Origin: Squalus acanthias
Lineage: Eukaryota
Assembly (NCBI GenBank): GCA_030390025.1
Contig: CM059438.1
Location: forward strand, 62,932,001-62,996,000
Length of the DNA: 64,000 bases
Direction: 5' to 3'
Shown here in pieces: positions 25,423 to 35,964 of the stretch (positions are counted from its first letter, which is position 1; every line of letters begins with the position of its first letter). The notes beneath the pieces were generated by a model, which saw only the letters and a list, made by a program, of their open reading frames with translations, was not told the origin of the DNA and made no database searches. The position numbers and the translations under genes are program-made.

Positions 25423-25516
25423 TGGGTACTGGCGTTTGAGATCTTTATACCACTGGTTCTCTTTTTCATTTTGCTGGGACTTCGTCAGAAGAAGCCAACT
25501 ATTCCCGTCAAGGAAG
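25423..25516 (+). CDS. ABCA2: ABCA2 coding exon (probably the 2nd coding exon, N-terminal TM helix): [31 protein letters not shown]
   Basis: Polypyrimidine tract and ttccacAG acceptor (AG 25421-22), GT donor at 25517, 94 bp. Translation is almost identical to the recalled mammalian ABCA2 segment [31 protein letters not shown]. Confidence 0.97.
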
Positions 25517-28360
25517 GTACAGTATTTGAAGCATCTGATAATCTGAACACAATTGGAATTACTTGTAGTAAAAAATGGGACTCGCTCCTTGTCGGCCAGT
25601 GAAGTTCAAAATTACCTGATTTGAAAGATCCATTTTGGCTGGTAAAGCTCACTGGGGCTTTAAAATTTGATGGACTTGTAGGCCGGGCTGTACACTTCAA
25701 GTAGCGCAGGAAATGCAGATGTTCATGGATAGCTAATCTTACCAGGGAAGTGGAGGACCCAAAAAGTTATACTTCAAACATTATTTTTCAGTAACAAAGC
25801 TGCCTAGGTGGTGGGACAACAAAAGCCGCCATGTCTCAGTCTTTGAAATGACAATGGGTACAGTCGGGAATTATAGTTTAGATACTTCCTTCACTTTGCT
25901 TATTTGTGTGCTCTTAAATGTCTTTTTTTCCCCCCCCCAAAAATTCCTCACTTCCTTTGCTGAAGGTGGTGCCTCATGCCAGGCTATGGTTTCATGGGCA
26001 CACCTGTGACACCTCACCAAAATGGGCATTTTTTATCCATGTGCGAGCTTGATGGTGAGCATTGACAGGTTATTTAACCATGATGAAAGTAGGTGGAGCC
26101 TGATGCTGTCCTCACCTGATGTCCAAACATGTGAACTTTCCAGCACTTCTTCTCTCCCCACCCCACCCCCCACCACCACCACCACCAACCCTTTTCTCTT
26201 TTAGCCAGCTGGTGCCTATCTGAAGGCATTGCCACCTTTCCCATTCTTGGAGTCCACTTTCAGAGTGTGAACTTAAATTTAAGGATTGGTACTCATCTGG
26301 TTTGAGCAGTGTTCCCTTTTCCTCTGCTTACTTACAAGTAAGAAAATTGATAAACAGAGGGTCTACAGAGCTTCGGCCATGCTCGGTCTGTTATTCCCCA
26401 GGCAGTGGCAGACATCACCGTTTGGTGAGGTGTGCTGTATTCTCGAGGCTGGTATACGGACAAAGGACCATACAAAAGTGACGGACGGCGAAAGACCAGC
26501 TGGTCCCTCAAGCCTACCCCACACTCATGATGGCTAGAGCATTATGACCAGACACTTCCTAACCCTTGCAGCCATCTCATCTTCTGGGAGAGGCAAAGAA
26601 CCAGAAAAAAAACCCACCCAGGGCCAATAAAGGGGGGAAAAAAACTCTGGAAAATTCCTCTCCCACCCCCTCAGGCGAACAAAACCAGTCCAGGAGATCA
26701 CATTGACCATGCGTACGTTAACTCTTAAACCACTTAGCTTCTATATGATGCCATCTCTGCCAAAGCCAAGAACAGGTGCTCCACACTCTTGAAATCATTA
26801 TCCAAGTGTTGGCCCATTTTGATATTTGAATGGGGTGAGCGTCTGCCTTTGCTCCCCTTTGCCTTCTCTTCCTTTCCACCCCAATGCTTAAAAGACAGTG
26901 ACACAGCAGCGACAGCGCTTGAGCGACGTAATTGTCTGTTGGTTTTTCAGACTGGAGCTAAAAACCAGTCAAGTACTTCTCCTTTTAGTTGGACAGCTCC
27001 AATCCAAAACTATTAATCAGTTCGCTGCTTCAGTAATGATCTGCTCCAGACACTCTTCAAACATTTGATACTGCAGGAAAATAACGAGCTAATCAGAGGG
27101 AACCAATTAGGGAATTAATTACATGCCCATTAGCAGTGAGAAGTGATTTTATTCACGGTGAGGATCATTTTGGGGAGGAGAGGGAGGGAACATATGAAGA
27201 TGACAGAGTGGGATGAAGTTCTACTTCTGCTCAGCTTGGAGGACGAGATGATCCTCTTCACCTGAAAAAGAGGACACTTTGTTGTCCAAGCGACTGATTA
27301 ATTTTATGTTAAAGAGACCGGATTAGTGGCCTTGCATCATTCCAATACACAAACATGTTCGTTCGAGTTTTAATCAACCTGGTTTTGGAGTGGGCTCTTT
27401 GGAAATTTCTAAAATACAGTCTGGATACCAAATATCTGATGTTACTTTTCTTCTAAATGAAAGTCCAGTTTATCCACTTCTGCGTCGTGATATTGAGACA
27501 TTAATTATTTAGGTTATCAAGGATTTCCATGAATTTTTATCATTAGCAGAAAGGCAAACCTCAGTGCAGAAGCCATGATCACACCCTAATATGTCCTGTG
27601 CAGTTGCGACTTACCAAAAAAACCCCCACTGTATAAAATTGTGAACCGAGGAGTCAATTCTATCAAAATTACTGCCGTCCAACAGAATGACTGTAAATAG
27701 CCCACTGCATCTCGGCCAGCGTGACTTAAAATCCACCTGTCATAATCACAGCATTGGGCAGGGGATGGGGCTGAGGAGAAGTGAATAAGGAGATTAATCG
27801 TATCAATCCTACTTTCATTTTTAGTGTGAGAAATTTAAACTGTTTCAAAGATGCAATCTCACCTCTGATGGGAAATACATTTAGCGAGTCCTGGGAAACT
27901 GTCCTGAAAGGCCCATTTAATTTGGCAGTAAATTAGCAATCCAGATCAGAGAGGTCAGACAGTGGTTGTTGTGCGAAATGAGAACGTCAGTTAGGAGGGG
28001 TTCTTCTGAGGTTGGGATGAGGCAGAGTGTTGGGTAAGAGCAGAGGGAGCGTCGCTTGCAATAAGCTGTACTACCCCTCACCTGGGAGGAGTTGCTGGTG
28101 ACGCAGGGTGCCGAACATGGAAAAGGGTCCACTCTTCACAAATTCCCTTCGATCTGATCAATGCAAAAATTCGTATGCAAGGTCTAAAAAAAAAGAAATG
28201 AAATTTTGCAATGTGCGCTGTCAAATTTTGAAGATGTAGTCGTTTGCAATGGAAATTAAAAAGCCAACGACCGCAGTCAACTTATTAAAAATATCGACTG
28301 CCTCTGTGGTTCGCATGTGGCATTGAGGTGAAGGAAGTCACAGAACTGATCTCAAGTAGA

Positions 28361-29510
28361 ACAGCAGTAAGGCACCCTGCAAACCTCCGTTCCACCTCAC
28401 CCCCCGGGCCAGCAGTAAGGGACCCTCCCTACAAAGCTCAGTCCCCGGGACAGCAGTAAGAGACCCTCCTACAAGCTCAGTCCATGGGACAGCAGTAAGG
28501 GACCCTCCTACAAACCTCAGTCCATGGGACAGCAGTAAGGGACCCTACAAAGCTCAGTCCATGGGACAGCAGTAAGAGACCCTACAAACCTCAGTCCCTG
28601 GGACAGCAGTAAGGGACCCCTACAAACCTCAGTCCATGGGACAGCAGTAAGAGACCCTACAAACCTCAGTCCATGGGACAGCAGTAAGAGACCCTACAAA
28701 CCTCAGTCCCTGGGACAGCAGTAAGAGACCCAACAAACCTCAGTCCATGGGACAGCAGTAAGAGACCCTACAACCTCAGTCCATGGGACAGCAGTAAGAG
28801 ACCCAACAAACCTCAGTCCATGGGACAGCAGTAAGGGACCCTCCCTACTAACCTCAGTCCATGGGACAGCAGTAAGGGACCCTACAAACCTCAGTCCATG
28901 GGACAGCAGTAAGGGACCCTACTAACCTCAGTCCATGGGACAGCAGTAAGACACCCTACAAACCTCAGTCCCTGGGACAGCAGTAAGACACCCTACTAAC
29001 CTCAGTCCATGGGACAGCAGTAAGGGACCCTACAAACCTCAGTCCATGGGACAGCAGTAAGAGACCCTACAAACCTCAGTCCATGGGACAGCAGTAAGGG
29101 ACCCTCCCTACAAACCTCAGTCCATGGGACAACAGTAAGAGACCCTACAAACCTCAGTCCCCGGGACAGCAGTAAGGGACCCTCCCTACAAAGTAAGGGA
29201 CCCTACTAACCTCAGTCCATGGGACAGCAGTAAGGGACCCTACAAACCTCAGTCCATGGGACAGCAGTAAGAGACCCTACAAACCTCAGTCCATGGGACA
29301 GCAGTAAGGGACCCTACAAACCTCAGTCCATGGGACAGCAGTAAGGGACCCTACTAACCTCAGTCCATGGGACAGCAGTAAGACACCCTACAAACCTCAG
29401 TCCCTGGGACAGCAGTAAGACACCCTACTAACCTCAGTCCCTGGGACAGCAGTAAGGGACCCTACTAACCTCAGTCCATGGGACAGCAATAAGGAACACT
29501 ACGAACCTCA
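28361..29510. repeat. Minisatellite, unit of about 37 bp (cagcagtaagggaccctacaaacctcagtccatggga), about 30 copies
   Basis: Direct periodicity with ggga/gaga/gaca and acaaac/actaac variants. Confidence 0.97.
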
Positions 29511-30009
29511 GACTCCCCTGGTATAGGTAAGAGAAAAATCAGCCAGGATATCCCTCCTGTTCGATGTGTGTGTGTGCATGGCTCTCGGGTGTGATGCTTT
29601 CCACGGTTGAACAACATGTTGGCAGTCGCTATCTAGGCCCACACATGAACAGCCACTTGGGAAAGACAGCAACAGATTGCTGACGGCTGTGAAACTGATC
29701 CCGAACACAGGTCAGGTGAGGAGGAAGAAAAATGGAAAATAGATTGAAATAGTTGCCCTTTGCTCATTCTGTGACTCATTAGATCTGAAACCTTGTAATG
29801 TTCAGTATAGGCTTTATTGTCATGGAAAATCCCAGCTCACTTCCTCCTTGTCGCTATGTGTGCTCTTTATACAATAATGATATTACGTAGATAATTTTTT
29901 TGTTGAAGCAATGAGTTCAATCTAATATCCAATCATATCTAGTCAATGAATTAACATGTTGTAACCCTTGTAGCTCTAAATCTATGAATATGCATGGATG
30001 TGGAGTTCG

Positions 30010-30415
30010 TTACAGAGAATTACATATAACTTACAGCACAGAAACCGACCATTTGGCCCAACTGGTCTATGCCAGTGTTTATGCTTCACATGAGCCTCCT
30101 CCCACCCTACTAATGTACTTATCTAGTTTCCCCTTCAATGCATCTATGCTATTCGCCTCAACCTCTATTTGTGGTTGCGAGTTCCACATTCTAACCGCTA
30201 TCTGGCTTAAGAAGCTTCTCCTGAATTCCTTATTGGATTTATTAGTGACTATCTTGTATTTATCACCCCTAGTTTTGGACTCCACACAAGTGGAAACATC
30301 TTCTCTAAGTCTACCCCATCAAACCTCTTCGTAATTTTAAAGGCCCCTATTAGATCACCCCTCAGCCTTCTCTTTTTCAAGAGAAAAGAGGGCCAGCCTG
30401 TTCAGTCTTTTCTGT
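30010..30415 (-). mobile_element. CR1 LINE 3' fragment
   Basis: Minus-strand translation TRGDKYKIVTNKSNKEFRRSFLSQIAVRMWNSQP...FKGKLDKY-like. Confidence 0.85.
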
Positions 30416-30769
30416 AATAAAATAAATAAGGATGAGCCAAGGCCCGTGGGCCCATCCAAGCTTGTGGATCTAGAAAACCCTACTGATTCCCATCGCAGCA
30501 TTCAACTGTCTTTTAAATGACTCCAAGGTTTTTTGCCTTGACTGCCCTGTCATTTCCATTTCAAGTGTGTTGGCTGCTCATCGTGTGAACAGAAATCACC
30601 GTTAAATTTGCCTTTTCCTGTGGGAACCTGTGTCCCTTGGCCCAGTGACATCATCTTTGCAGCCTTTTTGTGGCCATAGCTGGCGAACTGAATTGTGTGC
30701 CTGCTGTGTCTTCATGGCATGGCGCCTTAACTATTAAGAGTATTTAAGGTAACGCCAGCAAGGCTGAAT

Positions 30770-31130
30770 GAACCAGCATATAAACTGGGAGGCACTGGCC
30801 TTTCGCTTGTGGGACCTGGATTCGAACCTGGTCCATATTGGGAGGATGAAAGTCCACTCCTTAATGTGGTTGAGTAGTCTCAACCCAATTTGCCCAAAAC
30901 GCAGGAGTTGTCCCTAATTTGACACTGACTGGCACTGAATTGTCAGTATAGAAAACACGAAGTAGAGCTGCTCTCTTCTGAGGTTAACGTCGAGTAGAGG
31001 GAGCTCCATGGTAGAGGGAGCTCCATGCTGTACCTAACTATTGCACACCGAATCTTGGAAGTGCTTCATGCTGACGCACGGTGCCCAGAATGGGAAAGTA
31101 TTCCATTTTCCAGCGGAAACCTGCCTCACG
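30770..31130 (+). mobile_element. Old tRNA-derived SINE-like repeat; a related fragment lies at about 28020-28140
   Basis: B-box-like ggattcgaacc after ggcactggcctttc. The 3' block (agagggagc...tgacgcacggtgcc...atgggaaag) resembles 28040-28130. Confidence 0.4.
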
Positions 31131-32454
31131 CTGACGATCACAATATTCTTAAAGGGGAAACAAAGGTAACTGTCGCCCTCTGCTTTCCTGCTGCCCGACT
31201 GAATAATTGTGTTGGTGATTATTGGGACACGTTTCTGCTGGAGGGCCGTTGCTGGGGGTAAGTGGCCTCTGAACTGGTGGTGGTGGTGTTGGTAGTGAAG
31301 GGGGATAAGGAGCGATAGGAGATGATTATAACTAGTTTGTTTTTATTCGCAGCGACCCACCTGATTTGTGAGTTCAGTAGGACGAATTGCACACCATTCA
31401 TAGAATTACATAGTGTACACAACACAGGCCATTCGGCCCAACTGGTCCATGCCGGTGTTCATGCACCACTCGAGTCTCCTCCCACCCCTCATTCGAGCAT
31501 ATCGGCTTGAATTCGATTTTTAACCCGTATTTGGCACATTAATTAAAATAGTGACCGCACTGTCCGAGCAAAATCCTACAGGCAGCCAGCAGTTCTCTTC
31601 CCAAACTGCACGTTGGTTTGGAAAGTTTGACTTTAAGGATGTGAAGTCCCACTGCGTGCGAACGTGATCGCAGGAGCTTTTCGGGAAAGAAAGCAGCTCT
31701 TGCCACCCAACAGCAGCATCACTGGCCGACGGCATAATGAAGAAGCCTGGAGACCGTAGCCTGCCATTTTTCTGTGGCAAGTTGCCTCCTTCAGAGGAGG
31801 CTGGGGCTGAGAGCCAGTCTTAATTACCGTAAAACATTTAAAGACGCTCCAGTCTTTTTTCCAGTTTGGGAGCAAGGTTTATTTTTTTCACGATTTAACT
31901 CGCTCCTTTTTACCGTTGAGTGTCTGATTTAATTACAGCTACTAAATGCTCCAAGGTAGGTTGGGAAATATCCTTTTTGAACAAGGAGTTCGTGACTCCG
32001 CAAAAATCAGCCAACATTTTGCAATCACTGTCCACGTGGGAATGTTATCAGGTATATTATAATGATGAAATGCCTTTGCTCTGAAGGGTTTGACGACTGA
32101 TAGCTTGTGACATGTTAGTTCTTTCATTTATTTCGCCGGTTACGTGTACAGGTTGCATGCAATAAATGCCAGTGGGTTATTTTGTTTTTGCTTTGGTTTA
32201 ATTGTCTTTAACACTGTGCATTTTCTGTTCAAGTCTCTGTGATTTGTGCTGACCACACACTTTGGGTTCAGTATGTGCGGACTCATTATATCCCTGTACG
32301 CTGCTGTAAATTTAAAAACCATGTTTTTAAAAAAAAACACGCACAAATACATAATTGCAGCAATATATATATGTGGTATATAAACCCAGTGTAACTTTTT
32401 AAATAAATAGTCACTTTGAGCTGGAGTTAAGTAATGCAACACAATGATCCCTAA

Positions 32455-32900
32455 CTTTTAAGACTGAGATGAGGAGAAATTCATTCACTCAGAGGGTTGT
32501 GAATCTTTGGAATTCTCTACCCCAGAGGGCTGTGGATGCTGAATCGCTGAGTATATTCAAGGCTGAGATCGATAGATTTTTGGACTCTAGGGGAATCGAG
32601 GGATATGGGGATCGGGCGGGAAAGTGGAGTTGAGGTCGAAGATCAGCCATGATCTTATTGGATGGCGGAGCAGGCTCGAGGGGCCGTATGGCCTACTCCT
32701 GCTCTTATATCTTATATTCTTATGGAGGGTGGAAGATGGGAGGCCAGCCAGGAGAGCATTAGAGTAGTCAAGTCTAGAAATTACAAAGGCATGGCTGAGG
32801 GTTTCGGCAGATGAGCTGAGGCAGAGGTGGAGACGGGCGATGTTATGGAGGTGGAAGTAGGCAGTCTTGGTGATGGAGCGGCTCCTAAATTCTTATGTAC
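32455..32900 (+). mobile_element. CR1 3' fragment whose tail carries a copied L2 segment (about 32725-32881)
   Basis: gagatgaggagaaattcattcactcagagggttgtgaatctttggaattct CR1 motif. 32549-32881 is the reverse complement of 3404-3737. Confidence 0.8.
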
Positions 32901-34217
32901 ACAGACGCAGGTCAGTTAGCACGGAAGTTTGCAAATAAGTTGTCAATAAACTCACTTTAAGTCCGCCGTTGTTCTTGTAAATCCCAGAACTTGCCGATAT
33001 TTTTCCTTCCCTCTGCCCCGCACCCCTAAATTTAAAGCCTTTTGCCTGTAGTGCGGGGTCATTCAGAGTGTAGATTTAAACCCACAGTCAGCACCCGTAG
33101 GGCAGGAGGGGGGAGGAAGTAAGGGCAGAGGTGCTGCTTCTGCAACTCTCTCTCTCGCTCGATATTGTGAGCTGCTCCACCCAGTGGCCTGCACCAGTAA
33201 CTCATGAAACCCGTGCCATCTGTGGCGAGCAGATTGGGACCTCCGCAGCATGGACGTACAGCTGGCTAAGGGGGGGGGGGATTTAGGACGGATATGATTT
33301 CAATCCCTGCGTTGGAACAACAGGCCTATTTTTGACACATGCTCCATTGCAAGAGGCTTAAGAGGGACATTCAAAAATAATGATCGAGGTCATCGGGTTT
33401 CTAGTTGGTAATAAAGCCAAACATTGCAATATACCATGGGGTCCTGTGTCACAGATTGTCCACTATCTTTTTGTCTGCAGTTATGTGACAGTTCATTTTG
33501 ATCTTCAGATGGAACTGTGGCAGCGCTGGCTCGTGATAAGTTGAGTTACACGTGTGTCGGGTATCTTGGTACCATGTCCAAGTGGAACTCGTCACTTCTG
33601 AGCCCAGACAGCAAGTGTGCTTTACAGCCATTCAACTGGGGCAGGGGAGGGGAGGGGAGGGGGTGTGACTGCATCACAGTTGAGCCTGATCCTGCCCTCA
33701 CTAGGTCTTTTTTTTGGATGTTTTAAACAAGAATATGGTGATGTATTTCATAACCAACATGTTGTTTCTCCTTTCTGATTGTCTTGATGCAGTGATGGCC
33801 CTTTGCAACATTCAGCCCATCTGTCATTCAAATTCCTTTTATGCTATGGGATGATCATGCCATTTTTGCCATCCTGTGTAGGTGGTCATTGATACCAGTG
33901 AAACTCAAAAAAATTCCATCTGTGCGAAATATCAGGGGTTACACCATTCCACATGCCGTCCCCCCCCCCCCCCCCCCTCCCCAGCCCTAACAATGCCTGT
34001 AGAATAGAATGGTGATGGAGTTCACCAGTTGTTAATTCACTTGTGTCAGGGACCAACCTAACTCATTCACACTTGCAGGACTCATGAGTTCTGAATCTTT
34101 CATAACTTGAGAAAGAATGCTTGGGGCACGTTATCATCGACACACTATTTTAATTAGCTCCACGTTGCAAGAGAGCAGCGGAAGGTCTCGCACGGTTTGT
34201 GATTGTTTGATTGAGAC

Positions 34218-34405
34218 CTCACTCGCACGCACGCTCTCGTGCACACTTTCGTGCACACTCTTTTGCGCACACTTTCTCGTGCTCTCACGCGCACACTCTC
34301 TCGCGCTCTCACGTGCACACACTCGCGCGCACGCTCTCACACACTCTTTCACAGACACACACACACACGCAGTCACTCTCACTCACTCGCTCACACTCGC
34401 ACTCT
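34218..34405. repeat. CA/CG/CT low-complexity microsatellite upstream of the microexon
   Basis: gcacgcacgctctc...cacacacacacgc tract. Confidence 0.85.
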
Positions 34406-34558
34406 GTGGTTTGGTAATAAATGTATTGTGGTGAATTCACTGAGTTCTGAATTCATTTTAATATTTTTTTTTTCTTTTTTTCGTTGTGTGTTTTCTTTCT
34501 ACGTAACATTCTTTTCTGTCCACCTGCTTGACTTGCTGCCATGCTGCATGCTGTCCAG

Positions 34559-34561
34559 TCT
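34559..34561 (+). CDS. ABCA2: Candidate 3-nt ABCA2 microexon (TCT); inclusion changes KE-A-FYT to KE-VS-FYT
   Basis: ctgtccAG|TCT|GTAAGT, with a long T-rich tract at about 34455-34520 and six TGC motifs at 34525-34551. Frame-preserving between the phase-1 junctions at 25516 and 40071. Matches my recollection of a KEVSFYT isoform of human ABCA2. Confidence 0.85.
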
Positions 34562-35753
34562 GTAAGTTGCTGGTTTGGGTGTTTTTTTTTAAAACAAAGC
34601 ATCATGGGAAAGTAGCTCAACTTTCTCCATTGCTTTGGCTTCTGAATAAAACGATAATCTGTCTCCTTTAATTATTAACTTTTTCAGATTAGACTAGACC
34701 CGGGGACTGGTGAACAGTATCATATACTCTGCAACACTCTTAACTGGGGGAATGATGTGTGCCATTCACTAGGATTGTAACAGATGCAGCCTGTGCTTCT
34801 GCCACTAAAACAGCTTTCAGTTCATTGCAACTTAATTCAAAAGTTAACCCAACTTTCAAAAGTTACTGACCGCTGTGGTGCAGCAGGTAAAGTCACTGCT
34901 ACAGCATGGACTCTGCCCGGCAACCAATTTGTTAGTGGCGATTTCAGCCAAGCTGAGCTGGAAGAACCAGGAAACGATCCAAAACCGCAGTGGTGCCCCT
35001 TGATCTGTTACTTCGTAACAGGAAGCACCGTATTGCTCTTGTGAGACGATTTGTCTCTAACATTCACCAAACCACCCTTAGTGTCTCATAGTTTGATCTG
35101 GCTTCTGATCTTGCCTCCATCCTCTTTTGATGAAAACTCACTTGCAGCCGGAGGCGTGCTGGAGGAGCATAGCATCGAGGGACACCAACGAGAGGCCAGC
35201 TGCTCGAGCAATTTTTGCAACGAGTATTTTTTCCTCTACGTTCAAAATAAACAAAGCCGTGTTTCAGGCTCTCTTTCTTTAAAGTGAAAGCTAACTGCAG
35301 GAATGTTAGTCAAACTAACCGTTAAGAAAAAGAGAATGAACTGGGTCTCAAACCGGGGTACTCTTGCAGTACTTAACCGGACGTCAATGATGTTGTATAG
35401 TGATGACCTGTGTAACGAGCGTTACTTCTTCAGACATCACCCTGCACTCTGGAACAGCCCGACCTCCGTCTGAGTAGCCAGTATGTTTGGCGGTGGTGGG
35501 AGGCTGATGCTATCAGCAGGAAGCACTTCTGTGCTGCATATTTATAAATCATCATACATTAAAAGAATTCCGTGCATATTATAGCAACTGTTAACCATAA
35601 AAAGAGACTTTAGAAATGCAGTTCAAGTCCAGATCAGCCATGATCTAATTGAATGGCGGAAGAGGCTCGAGGAGCTGAATGGCCCACTCTTGTTCCTATA
35701 AGTAACATTTGAGATCCTTTATTGAGAAGGGACGACTCTCTTAAACTAAGATT

Positions 35754-35964
35754 AAAACCCCCCCCACCCCCCAGAAAATTCTGGAAAACACTCATCAGGT
35801 CAGGCAGCATCTGTGAAGAGAGAAACTGAGTTAATGTTTCAGGCCCATTACATTTCACTCGGTTTCTCTCTTCACAGACGCTGCCTGATCGACTGAAGTG
35901 TTTTCCAGCATATTCTGTTTTTATTTCAGACTTCCAGCGTCCGTAGTATTTTGCTTTTGTGTTG
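35754..35964. mobile_element. Palindromic Penelope-type short element with a 13-bp TSD
   Basis: ttaaactaagatt at 35741-53 and 35965-77. Inverted arms tcaggcagcatctgtgaagagagaaac and gtttctctcttcacagacgctgcctga. Confidence 0.7.

Noticed and set aside
28361..29510. CRISPR-like appearance (37-bp repeats)
   Set aside because: Head-to-tail units with no unique spacers, no cas genes, and a vertebrate intronic context.
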